A stretch of DNA of 64,000 nt. It comes from Candidatus Woesearchaeota archaeon. Lineage in GTDB: Archaea > Nanobdellota > Nanobdellia > Woesearchaeales > DSVV01. Of this stretch, positions 45,995-55,004 are shown piece after piece. Numbering within the stretch: the stretch's first letter is position 1; the number at the start of each line of letters is the position of its first letter. A model generated the notes under the pieces. The model did no database searches. It was not told the origin of the DNA and saw nothing but the letters and a program-made list of their open reading frames with translations. The stretch lies in the NCBI GenBank assembly GCA_018661705.1, contig JABJHR010000009.1, positions 29,746 through 93,745 of the forward strand, given 5' to 3'. A program made the position numbers and the translations under genes.

Positions 45995-46026
45995 TATATT
46001 AAGAAAGCTTTGGTTGTTTATAAAGA

Positions 46027-46617
46027 TTACCTAACTGGAGAATCTAGATTTAATCCTTTAATTGAAAATTTTTCATTTTCTGTTATTTCAAATTGATGAA
46101 ATTTACCATTTCCTAAACGATGTTCTGGTCTGTAAACAACACCCTCTTCTTTTACTGCACAACAAAAGATAGATAATAAAATCCCATGAGACATCAAAAA
46201 CACATTTCTATCAGCACAAGTATCAATTAATCTTTTTTTAACTAATTCTGCCCTTTGATAAGCAATTTCCATTGGTTCTCCCATTTCCCCATTATTATTA
46301 TCGTAAAAAAAATTATAAGGATCATCCAAATGAGAATAACTTTTCCCTTCAAGAACACCAAAATAACGTTCAGCAATTAATCTCCAAGTAATAACCTCAA
46401 ATTTTTTTTCTTTTGCTAATGGTAGAATAGATTCTTGTGCTCTCTTCAATGGACTACATATAATAACATCCAAACTAACATCTTTAAAAATCTCCTTAAC
46501 TCGCATTGCATCTTGCCTACCTTTTGAATTTAAAGAAACATCTATTCCCGCACCCTGATACAACATTTTAAGATTATAATCTGTTTGTCCATGACGTGCT
46601 GTATATACCATCCCCAT
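46027..46617 (-). CDS. histidine phosphatase family protein (phosphoglycerate-mutase-like)
   Basis: RHGQTDYN catalytic motif and a later SHG. ATG 46617 fits a TTTATAA box about 27 nt upstream. The track start is TTG 46659. Confidence 0.75.
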   Translation of the reverse strand: MGMVYTARHGQTDYNLKMLYQGAGIDVSLNSKGRQDAMRVKEIFKDVSLDVIICSPLKRAQESILPLAKEKKFEVITWRLIAERYFGVLEGKSYSHLDDPYNFFYDNNNGEMGEPMEIAYQRAELVKKRLIDTCADRNVFLMSHGILLSIFCCAVKEEGVVYRPEHRLGNGKFHQFEITENEKFSIKGLNLDSPVR

Positions 46618-46705
46618 TCTCAAAACCCCACCATATAAAATTATAAACCTATAAAACAATATAAGAAGGAAACCAAATAGAATTTATATACGTTATGATT
46701 TAAGA

Positions 46706-46942
46706 TTAGCTACTCTGTCGCCATTCATAATCTAACTTACATTTATCTTCACATTCTTGTTGTGTTTCAATAACAGAAGGAGTGCCACATTGAGTTACAC
46801 ACTGTTTATATTCAAGGTCATATTTCTTAAATTCGTCATATGTTTCAGAATGTGTAACTTTGTAGCCAAGAAAAATAAAGAAACCAATTGTTAACACAAA
46901 TAACATTCCCAATCCAACATAAAACCTAGTCATTGTTTCCAT
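46706..46942 (-). CDS. small membrane-anchored Cys-rich protein
   Basis: 78 aa. One TM helix, four Cys in the C-terminal half. Confidence 0.4.
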   Translation of the reverse strand: METMTRFYVGLGMLFVLTIGFFIFLGYKVTHSETYDEFKKYDLEYKQCVTQCGTPSVIETQQECEDKCKLDYEWRQSS

Positions 46943-46995
46943 ATATCATTTCATTATTAAGAAGATTTAAATATTTTACCATATAACATGATGTT

Positions 46996-47382
46996 ATGCA
47001 ATTCAAATCTCAAGGCCATGTAAATCTGTTAGGCACACATTACAATACTTTTGAATTCACAAAAGACACAGAATTAACAAAAAAAGGAGATTGTATTATT
47101 GGTGTAAATTCAGACTTTGACGTAGAGGAATTAAAAAAATTAGAAGGAAAAATAACAATCATAATAGGAGTTGAAGACGAGAAAGATGAAATAACTGCAG
47201 AGATTAATCCTGAATTCAACCATAAAACAGAGATGGTAATTAGAAAATCTGATTTTCTGGATAATAGAACATTTGCAATTAATGCTTCAAAAGCAGCAAA
47301 GGATATAAATAGGGAATTAATTAAGAAAATGAAAGATCCAAAAGCGATTATAAACATAAAGATCGAAGACAAAAAAGAATAA
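46996..47382 (+). CDS. DUF371-family protein
   Basis: GHVNLLGTHYNTFEFTKD..LTKKGDCIIGV pattern of archaeal DUF371. Confidence 0.6.
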   Translation: MQFKSQGHVNLLGTHYNTFEFTKDTELTKKGDCIIGVNSDFDVEELKKLEGKITIIIGVEDEKDEITAEINPEFNHKTEMVIRKSDFLDNRTFAINASKAAKDINRELIKKMKDPKAIINIKIEDKKE

Positions 47383-47477
47383 CAATGATGCAGGCGTAAT
47401 GAGGGTTGCCCCCTTCGGGGTGTCACGCAGGACAATGTGAACAAAGTGAACATTGGCCGTCTGCAATCATTATTATT
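47378..47477 (+). repeat. Y-family element, divergent copy F
   Basis: Flanks AATAACAATGATGCAG / CTGCAATCATTATTATT. Inside are GCGT..[CCCC TTCG GGGG]..ACGC, then AGGACAATGT-GAACAAAGTGA-ACATTGGCC, then GTCTGC. Shares AGGAC, GAACAAAG and CCGTCTG with the family. Confidence 0.55.
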
Positions 47478-47513
47478 ATTATTTTTTACAACAACATAAA
47501 AAAACCAAGAAAA

Positions 47514-47987
47514 ATGAGAAAACAATTAAGTAAAAAAGAGATTAAAGAATTAATTTCTGAAATTGAAGAGAAATTTGGTATTACAGAATTATTATCAAAA
47601 AAAGACAATGTTGTTAGAGAAGATTCATTCCTTAAAGTTAATGAAAAAATTATTTTTTTTTATAATAATGAACAACTAATTCCAACATTAAAATTAATTA
47701 TAAGTTTAGGAGATAAACTAAGCAAAACTAACATTAAAAAGATTATTGTTGATATGGGTGCAATTAAATTTGTTATTAATGGGGCAGATATTATGAGACC
47801 CGGCATTACAGAGATAGAAGAAGGAATAAACAAAGACAATTTTGTAGTAATTTTAGATGAACAACATAAAAAACCATTGGCAATTGGTATTTCTTTAATG
47901 AATTCAGAAGAGTTAAAAGCAGCAAATAGTGGGAAAGTCATCAAAAACATTCATTTCGTAGGAGATGACACCTGGAAGTCTTCTTAA
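47514..47987 (+). CDS. PUA-domain RNA-binding protein
   Basis: ATG 47514. GAIKFVINGADIMRPGI..PLAIGISLM..GKVIKNIHFVGD. The upstream part of track ORF 47406.. translates the Y element. Confidence 0.8.
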   Translation: MRKQLSKKEIKELISEIEEKFGITELLSKKDNVVREDSFLKVNEKIIFFYNNEQLIPTLKLIISLGDKLSKTNIKKIIVDMGAIKFVINGADIMRPGITEIEEGINKDNFVVILDEQHKKPLAIGISLMNSEELKAANSGKVIKNIHFVGDDTWKSS

Positions 47988-48035
47988 AACACCCATTAAA
48001 TTGGTTGCCACTACCGAGTAGATATAACAGTAAAA

Positions 48036-48043
48036 TTTATAAA
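48036..48043 (+). promoter_or_regulatory. TATA box for the HD-domain gene
   Basis: TTTATAAA lies 27-34 nt upstream of ATG 48070. Confidence 0.35.
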
Positions 48044-48069
48044 GAGCATATAATTATCTATATATAACT

Positions 48070-49884
48070 ATGCATGCAGCAGTGTTAGATAATCCAATAG
48101 TAGAGAGCATTAGCAAGAAAACGGTTGATTTAATTACTGATGACAATGTAGCAGAAACAAAACGAAAATCTAATATTGAAGTTATTATTGATCAAATCTA
48201 CGAACATTCTAGCACAACATTAACAGAAGATGAAACTACAATTCTAAAATTTGCAATTGAAGATATTTTTCAGAGATATGCAACTAAAAAAAGAAAAACA
48301 GGAATTCCTTATGTTAACCATCCTATTTCTGTTGCAAGGTTCTTAGCTTCTGGCAATGAAGATATTCACGCAATCTTAGGTGGATTATATCATGATGCAA
48401 TTGAAGAACATGTTTCAGAAGAATTTAAAAAAACTTTAGATGAAGAAACAGATGCATTAATCAGAAGAAAAGCAATTGATATTTATGGAAGAAGTTTTAG
48501 TACATTAAGAAAAAATGAGAAGAAAAAAGTAACAAGAGCAACTAAATTTGAAAAAAGAGAATTAAGAACTAAAACAATTGAAGAGTTTAAAAAAAATGAA
48601 CCAGAAATGATTCAAGAGTATATGGATGAAATGATTTCTAACTTCAAAGAAAAAATTATAGGGAAAGGCATTAATGACGAACTAGCAACTATCACATCCG
48701 AAAATCTAAAACAAATTGTTACTTCAATGACAAGAAGTTATTTTGCAGATTACTACCAAGCAATCGACCACATTATATCCCCACAATTAGACATTAGTCC
48801 AGAAAATAAATTCAGAGCTGTTCGTGTTAAATTCGCAGACTGTTATACAAATACAGAAGTAATTACAGACAGTGTATACACAGTCGAAGATCTTGAAACC
48901 GCAATTGCAAGAAACGATATAGAAGAACTTAAATCATTTAAAAGACGTTCAAAAAAAGCAAGCAAACAACACAACATGACAAAAAAAACAAGAGTTCCTG
49001 GACACAAAAGAGTTTACAGAACTTATAAAAATTATTTCTTAATTAATTCTTCAAGAGTATACGACAGACATATGAGCATTTCTCAAACATTTGATGGAAT
49101 TAGACAAAACGATAAACTAAGAGAATTAATGGAAGATAAAGGATTCTTAGAACAAATCAAAAAACTAACAAGAAACTACAACACAAATAAAAGAATAAGC
49201 AGAGAAGCAGTTGCTGCCGCAGGTAAAGAATTAATTGGATATTTTAAAGGTTCAGGATCTGTTGCTGAAGAAGGTCAAGAAATTATTAGTTTTGTAAGAG
49301 GCTGTGTTAAATCAAACTTTTTTAGATACATCAAAACATTTGACGAATTTGAACAAATTGTTGACAACCACATGAGAGAAGATGAGGCATATACAAAAGC
49401 AAGAGATAGGATAAAAGAATATGAGAATGCATTAGTAAAACGAAATCAAGGCAGCGCTAATCAAATTTTAGATCACCTTGTAAGTTATCATGCATTAGGA
49501 CCCCATTTAACACATGAAAAAGCAATTGCAATGATTAGAAAAAATAAAGAATATGCAATGGCTGGTGGTTATAAATTTATAACAAAACCAACGGGAGCAG
49601 TTGTAAAATTACTTGATGACAAAAAAGGAAGTGGCACAGGAATTTTATTACAAAATGGAACCAGAAAAACATTAGAAACACCTGACGGAATTATTTTAGT
49701 ATTTATCGATGCAAAAGTTAGAGGAGATAACACAAGATTATCACAATTATATTCAAATAAAGCAAACATGTTTTGGGCAGCACTAGCATCAAAAACATTA
49801 GGAGACAATTATCAAAATTCAGATTATATTCTTATAGGTCTTGACACAAAAGGTGTCCATCCAAGCAGAGAAACAAGGATATAG
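48070..49884 (+). CDS. SpoT/RelA-type HD-domain protein with a long uncharacterised C-terminal extension
   Basis: HPISVARFLA..ILGGLYHDAIEE matches the (p)ppGpp-hydrolase-type HD motif. No synthetase motifs seen. About 450 further residues are unassigned. Confidence 0.65.
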   Translation: MHAAVLDNPIVESISKKTVDLITDDNVAETKRKSNIEVIIDQIYEHSSTTLTEDETTILKFAIEDIFQRYATKKRKTGIPYVNHPISVARFLASGNEDIHAILGGLYHDAIEEHVSEEFKKTLDEETDALIRRKAIDIYGRSFSTLRKNEKKKVTRATKFEKRELRTKTIEEFKKNEPEMIQEYMDEMISNFKEKIIGKGINDELATITSENLKQIVTSMTRSYFADYYQAIDHIISPQLDISPENKFRAVRVKFADCYTNTEVITDSVYTVEDLETAIARNDIEELKSFKRRSKKASKQHNMTKKTRVPGHKRVYRTYKNYFLINSSRVYDRHMSISQTFDGIRQNDKLRELMEDKGFLEQIKKLTRNYNTNKRISREAVAAAGKELIGYFKGSGSVAEEGQEIISFVRGCVKSNFFRYIKTFDEFEQIVDNHMREDEAYTKARDRIKEYENALVKRNQGSANQILDHLVSYHALGPHLTHEKAIAMIRKNKEYAMAGGYKFITKPTGAVVKLLDDKKGSGTGILLQNGTRKTLETPDGIILVFIDAKVRGDNTRLSQLYSNKANMFWAALASKTLGDNYQNSDYILIGLDTKGVHPSRETRI

Positions 49885-49885
49885 T

Positions 49886-50043
49886 AAGGAATTCTAAGTT
49901 GGAAGTAATAAGATAAGGATTATGAGTTTTGAGTTCTGGGTAATGGGTTGGTTCTGAGTTAATCAGTTTTGAGAAAACACAGCAAGACCCACGACTACTT
50001 ACTGATAACCAACTCATAACTCAAGACTACTTACTTAAAACTA
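49886..50043. repeat. R-family hairpin repeat, copy R6 (inverted relative to R1/R4)
   Basis: The minus strand carries TGAGTTGGTTATCAGTAAGTAGT and CTGTGTTTTCTCAAAACT, as in R4. It fills the spacer between two convergent stop codons. Confidence 0.8.
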
Positions 50044-50045
50044 AT

Positions 50046-50513
50046 TTAGTCTTCACTCTTTATTCTTCTTGACTTAGGAACATGATTTAATATTTTTCCT
50101 TCCTTAAGTCTTCCACACCCATAGAAATCTTCTTTGTTCTTAACAATTACAAAAGCATTTTCCTTATCTTTGTATTCATTAACTTCAATGTCATAACCTC
50201 TGACCCATAATTTAGTTAGTCCATCACTAATCTCAATAACATTTTTTGTTGCAATTTTTCCAATAATCTGAGATCCTTCAATACTTAATCTAAGCTCATT
50301 ATTCTTTTGTTCAGCAAAATAACTCCCCATAGAATCAATTCTTAAGGCATCAAAATTAACCTCAGTAATATCTTGACTAATAACAAAAATTTTATTCTTG
50401 TCATTTATTAGGAAAACATAATCAAAATCTTTTTCTTTTAATCCCCATTGTTTATCAAGAGTACTAATAATTTCTTTAATTTGTTTTTTATTAAGAAACT
50501 TTGCTCTTGCCAT
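50046..50513 (-). CDS. Nip7-like pre-PUA/PUA RNA-binding protein
   Basis: About 155 aa. C-terminal FVIVKNKEDFYGCGRLKEGKILNHVPKSRRI resembles archaeal Nip7. ATG 50513 lies 8 nt after the infB stop. The track start is TTG 50534. Confidence 0.5.
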   Translation of the reverse strand: MARAKFLNKKQIKEIISTLDKQWGLKEKDFDYVFLINDKNKIFVISQDITEVNFDALRIDSMGSYFAEQKNNELRLSIEGSQIIGKIATKNVIEISDGLTKLWVRGYDIEVNEYKDKENAFVIVKNKEDFYGCGRLKEGKILNHVPKSRRIKSED

Positions 50514-50521
50514 TTTTACAC

Positions 50522-52303
50522 TCAAACTCCCCAAACAGGATTATTCTTTCTCATGATCTCTGCAATTTCTTTTAAAACTATTTTTTCACCTTTAGACAAA
50601 TAATCTTTAAATTCTTTAAGTTTTCTGAAATGTTCTTCAGAGATCGCAACATATAGAACATCTCGTTCATGAATTTGCCTGCCCACAGTAACTCCATCTA
50701 ATGCAACTGCTAATTGATCTCCTGCTTTTGCTTCACTCACATTATCTTCTCCAGATTTCATAGATTTAAGTCTTGTAATAACTACACCATCTGCTTTCAT
50801 AAGTTGTGATCCTGACTTCAAAAAACCAGCAGAAACATCAACACCAACAATTGCAGGCCCAGATTGTCTAAAAGTATGATTTGGTAAAATTTGGAATTTT
50901 GCACCTCGATCTAATTTATCAAGACCTTCTAGTTCTATTCTTTTTCTTTCTTCTTCTCTCCATTTTTCATAATCATCTATAATTTTATAAATAATTTGAC
51001 TAGTGATTACTTTAATCTTAGATTCTTCTTGATAAGGTTGTGCATCTTGCATTACTTCAACATTAAAACCTAAAATAACTCTAGAGAAAGGATCTTTTTC
51101 ATTTGATTCTGCATCAATAAGATCTTTTTTAGAAATATTTCCAACTTTTGCTTTTCTTATTGGTATTTTTTTATCTTTTAATAAACTAATCATTGCTTCT
51201 AAGCTACCAATAGCATCTGCTTTTATGATAATTCCTTCTTTTTCTGTTTCAATAATTACTTCTTGAATAATTTCTTGAATTTGTTTTTTTAACTCTTCAA
51301 GATTATCATCCTTTCCAACAACCCAAATTGGCATGCCTGCAATTACATTATCCATTTCAGGAGCAGCAATCTTAACTCCATTAGCAGCACAAATTTGTTT
51401 AACCCCTTTAAACTTACTTTTCTTATCCATCATTTCTGATAAAGGTGTAGGTTCAAGTAAAGCTCTTACTCGTGTTACAATTGGTTCATTTAAATCACCA
51501 ATCACAATTGTATCATTAACTTTAATATAACCATCATAAATAATAACATCAGCTGTTTTTCCTAATCCTGGTTCTTCTTTAACTTCAAGAACACTTCCTC
51601 TAGCTCCTTTAGCAACATCACATTTTAGTTTATCAACCATATATCTTTGAGTTAATCCAGATAAGACCATTAATAATTCTTGTAATCCTTCGCTTGTTTT
51701 TGCAGAGATAGGAACAATTGCAATTTGTTTTGTATAATTTTCTATTCTATCAAACCTTTCTGATTCATAACCCATTTCATGTAATTTCCCAACAATTTCA
51801 TACAATCTAGTTTCAATTACTTTAACTAATTCAGGATTTTGTTTGTTAATGCTTTCAAGAATTGATTCACTTTGTTTTTTCCAGCCAGGCAGTAAATCAA
51901 CTTTATTTGCTGCCAAGATAAATGGTGTTTTTGAACTTTTCAATATTTCAATTGCTTCCAATGTTTGCGGTTTAAAGCCTTCCTTAATATCAACAACAAC
52001 AATTGCAATATCAGCTAAACTTCCACCACGTTTTCTTAATGTAGAAAATGCAGCGTGCCCAGGTGTATCAATAAACAATAGCCCAGGTATTGTAAGATCT
52101 AATCCTAGTTTCTTTAATAATTTACCACAGATTCTATTAATTGTTTGTAACGGCACAATAGAAGCTCCAATTGCTTGTGTAATCTTACCTGCTTCCCTCT
52201 CTGTTACAGTTGTATGCCTAATTGTATCTAATAAACTTGTTTTTCCATGGTCTACGTGACCCATTATTGTGACAATTGGCTGTCTAAGTGTTTCTTGTGC
52301 CAT
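50522..52303 (-). CDS. infB: translation initiation factor aIF5B (IF-2 family)
   Basis: GHVDHGKTSLLD, DTPGH, NKVD, and four-domain length (593 aa). Confidence 0.9.
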   Translation of the reverse strand: MAQETLRQPIVTIMGHVDHGKTSLLDTIRHTTVTEREAGKITQAIGASIVPLQTINRICGKLLKKLGLDLTIPGLLFIDTPGHAAFSTLRKRGGSLADIAIVVVDIKEGFKPQTLEAIEILKSSKTPFILAANKVDLLPGWKKQSESILESINKQNPELVKVIETRLYEIVGKLHEMGYESERFDRIENYTKQIAIVPISAKTSEGLQELLMVLSGLTQRYMVDKLKCDVAKGARGSVLEVKEEPGLGKTADVIIYDGYIKVNDTIVIGDLNEPIVTRVRALLEPTPLSEMMDKKSKFKGVKQICAANGVKIAAPEMDNVIAGMPIWVVGKDDNLEELKKQIQEIIQEVIIETEKEGIIIKADAIGSLEAMISLLKDKKIPIRKAKVGNISKKDLIDAESNEKDPFSRVILGFNVEVMQDAQPYQEESKIKVITSQIIYKIIDDYEKWREEERKRIELEGLDKLDRGAKFQILPNHTFRQSGPAIVGVDVSAGFLKSGSQLMKADGVVITRLKSMKSGEDNVSEAKAGDQLAVALDGVTVGRQIHERDVLYVAISEEHFRKLKEFKDYLSKGEKIVLKEIAEIMRKNNPVWGV

Positions 52304-52398
52304 AATTGTTAAGAGAGACGCTGGGTTTTTAAAGTTTGTTGTGAAATCGTGATTTTAGATTAAGTAATTATATAAAAACAGAGACATTCCCATAATCT

Positions 52399-52956
52399 AT
52401 GTCATTAATAGAACTAAAAGTAGGATTCATGCCCTTGTATACTATTTATTCAAGGTCCATAGATGATATTTTTGAATGGCAAACAGAGTTTCTTAATTCT
52501 GGTGATTTATTAGGAGGTGAAAGTCCAACAAATAAAGAAATTTTAGACCATGTTGACTTAAAAGAGGTTAATGTTGTAGAACATGGAACATTTAGATTAA
52601 GTTTTCCAGGGAGTGGATATATATACAATGAAGAGAATCCATGGCCTGAAGCATTTGTCACACCTGATTTTAAGTTAGGAATTGATCACAAAATTGTTCC
52701 ATTCTTTGAATTATATCAAGAATTATTAGGTAATGCTTTTAAGGTAGGAAAATTATACCAATTAGAAAGATGTTTGGGTGTTCTTCCATTTGTTACTTAC
52801 ATTCCTGAAGATATTTATGATGCAATAAGAACATTTGATATCACAGAATTAAGAGAAGCAACAAAAGAAGCAAGGCAAAGATGTGAAAATAAATCTTTAA
52901 GACATAGATTAACCCATGGGTATGAATCAAGAATAATATCTGGTAATAGCAATTAA
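52399..52956 (+). CDS. hypothetical protein
   Basis: 185-aa ORF. A TATA-like attatataaaa lies about 25 nt upstream. Confidence 0.45.
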   Translation: MSLIELKVGFMPLYTIYSRSIDDIFEWQTEFLNSGDLLGGESPTNKEILDHVDLKEVNVVEHGTFRLSFPGSGYIYNEENPWPEAFVTPDFKLGIDHKIVPFFELYQELLGNAFKVGKLYQLERCLGVLPFVTYIPEDIYDAIRTFDITELREATKEARQRCENKSLRHRLTHGYESRIISGNSN

Positions 52957-53015
52957 ATTATAATAAAGTTAAAATTTAGTAAAATATATAAAATCCCTTC
53001 TTAAGTAAGTATAAA

Positions 53016-53957
53016 ATGAAATATTTAAAAAGAGGTTTTACTTTAATTTTAATCTTATTAGTTCTATTCTCTATCATTGGATGTTCTATAAAAAGTAATC
53101 ATGTAGATGGAATTAGTCCAAAAGAAATGGCAAGATCAATATTTCCTAAAAGTGAAACATCTGGATCAATTGATAAATTTGTTGAAATATATCAAGATAT
53201 TATAATCAAAAAAAAAGAAACTCTCAATCTTAGAGAAAAAAGTGAAGATTTCTTATTATATAACAAAGAAAATCCATCAACAAAAGGTGTTTTATTAATT
53301 CATGGATTAGGAGCATCTCCAAATGAAGTATTGCCTTTAGGAGAATATCTTTATGAAAAAGGATTTACAGTTATTGGAGTTAGGTTGTCAGGACATGGCG
53401 AAGGTTTAGATGCACTAGAAGATTCAACATGGGAAGACTGGTATAATGATGTTGAATTTGGCCTTGAAGTCTTGAAATATCTAACAGAAGAAACACATGT
53501 TGTAGGAGTTTCAACAGGAGGATCATTAGCATTAATGTTAGCTGAAAACACAGAGTTTCATGAATTAGTAGTTGTTGCACCAGCAGTTGTTATGAAAGAT
53601 TGGAAAGTAAATTATATGTGGCTTTTCAAGCACTTCAAAAAATACTCTGCAAGAACATTAACAGAAGAAGAAAAAATAACTTATGATGAAGCTGTACCAA
53701 CACAATCAGTTCACGAACTTAAAAAACTAATCAATGCAGAGAAAAAAACATTAGATAAAATCACTGAACCAGTACTAATAATTCAAGCAACACAAGATCC
53801 AAGAGTAAAAAATGAAAGTGCAGAATATGTTTACGAACATATTAGTACAAAGAATGAAAGTAAAAGAATCAAATGGATTGAAAGCGATAAACATGTAATT
53901 CTTGCAGGTGATACGCAAGAGGAAGTATTTAGTAATATTTTAGGGTTTCTTTCTTAG
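53016..53957 (+). CDS. alpha/beta hydrolase lipoprotein (esterase/lipase-like)
   Basis: Lipobox SIIGCS. HGLG oxyanion region. Nucleophile elbow GVSTGGS. Confidence 0.7.
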   Translation: MKYLKRGFTLILILLVLFSIIGCSIKSNHVDGISPKEMARSIFPKSETSGSIDKFVEIYQDIIIKKKETLNLREKSEDFLLYNKENPSTKGVLLIHGLGASPNEVLPLGEYLYEKGFTVIGVRLSGHGEGLDALEDSTWEDWYNDVEFGLEVLKYLTEETHVVGVSTGGSLALMLAENTEFHELVVVAPAVVMKDWKVNYMWLFKHFKKYSARTLTEEEKITYDEAVPTQSVHELKKLINAEKKTLDKITEPVLIIQATQDPRVKNESAEYVYEHISTKNESKRIKWIESDKHVILAGDTQEEVFSNILGFLS

Positions 53958-54011
53958 AATTTAGAAGATAGTATTAAAGTTTATAAATCCAACTATGTTC
54001 CTTTGCTTAAA

Positions 54012-54659
54012 ATGACTGAACATGATCCTAGCAAAAGGCAATTCTTAAGAGACATAGTTGAAATAGGAAAAGGTGTTTTAGGTGTTACCGCATTAGCTCC
54101 ATTAATTGGATGTGGCCCAAATGCATTTCAAAGTAAAGAACCAATTGAAAAACTAAGAATGGGAAGTGTTTATCTCTTTTTAATTAATACAAATCCTGAT
54201 ATTAAAGAAATCTCAAGAATTGCAGGATTACCAGGAGAATATGGCCATATAGAATTAGTTTATAGAGGTCTTGCTTATGGTTCTGAAGATGGAAATTGTA
54301 GAAAAATATCTATCTCAGATTTAGAAAGAAAGTTTGAAGGTCTTGATTATGAAGTAAGAGAAGTAGAATTAGCTAATCCCTATAAAGCAATACAACATTT
54401 TTCTCAAGTATTAACCAAAAAACCATATAATAATCCTGCAGAGATGATTATGGATATGTATATTGGCTCTGGAAAACCTTTACATGGTGTTTATCCAGTT
54501 AGTATTGAAACAGTTGATAGAACAAATGATAAATTAAGAGAAATTTTAGAATCAAAAGGAATTCCTACAAATAGAACTGGACAAGTTTATCTTCCTGATC
54601 AATTCAAACATGTTGGATGGCATTTAGGAGAAGGCGTGTTTAGAGCAGATAAAAGATAA
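54012..54659 (+). CDS. hypothetical lipoprotein with Tat-like (KR) signal
   Basis: SKRQFLRD..LAPLIGCG. ATG 54012 preferred over the track TTG at 54003. Confidence 0.5.
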   Translation: MTEHDPSKRQFLRDIVEIGKGVLGVTALAPLIGCGPNAFQSKEPIEKLRMGSVYLFLINTNPDIKEISRIAGLPGEYGHIELVYRGLAYGSEDGNCRKISISDLERKFEGLDYEVREVELANPYKAIQHFSQVLTKKPYNNPAEMIMDMYIGSGKPLHGVYPVSIETVDRTNDKLREILESKGIPTNRTGQVYLPDQFKHVGWHLGEGVFRADKR

Positions 54660-54711
54660 ATTCTAGATCTAATAAAAAAACATATAAACAACTTCTTCCA
54701 GAAATAGTAAT

Positions 54712-54960
54712 ATGGCAACTCCAATAGGTGATTTAGGCATATTAGAACCAACATTAGAATCAATTAAACAAATGTTTGGTACATTAAGTTATTTTGTTGG
54801 AGGAGTTTTTGGTATTTATGTTCTATTATTAATCTGGAGAATAATTGACACAAGATTAACAAACAAAATGTTAACAAAAATGCTAAAAGAGCAAAAGCAA
54901 ACAAATCATTTGTTAAGAAGGCTTGAGCATGCAATTGATATGAAAGCAAGAAATAGATAA
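54712..54960 (+). CDS. small membrane protein
   Basis: 82 aa with one TM helix. Confidence 0.4.
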   Translation: MATPIGDLGILEPTLESIKQMFGTLSYFVGGVFGIYVLLLIWRIIDTRLTNKMLTKMLKEQKQTNHLLRRLEHAIDMKARNR

Positions 54961-54973
54961 TTCTTAGTAAACT

Positions 54974-54981
54974 TTTTATAT
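54974..54981 (+). promoter_or_regulatory. TATA box for the first M64-like gene
   Basis: TTTTATAT lies 24-31 nt upstream of ATG 55005. Confidence 0.35.
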
Positions 54982-55004
54982 TGATACACACATAAAAGAT
55001 TTTA

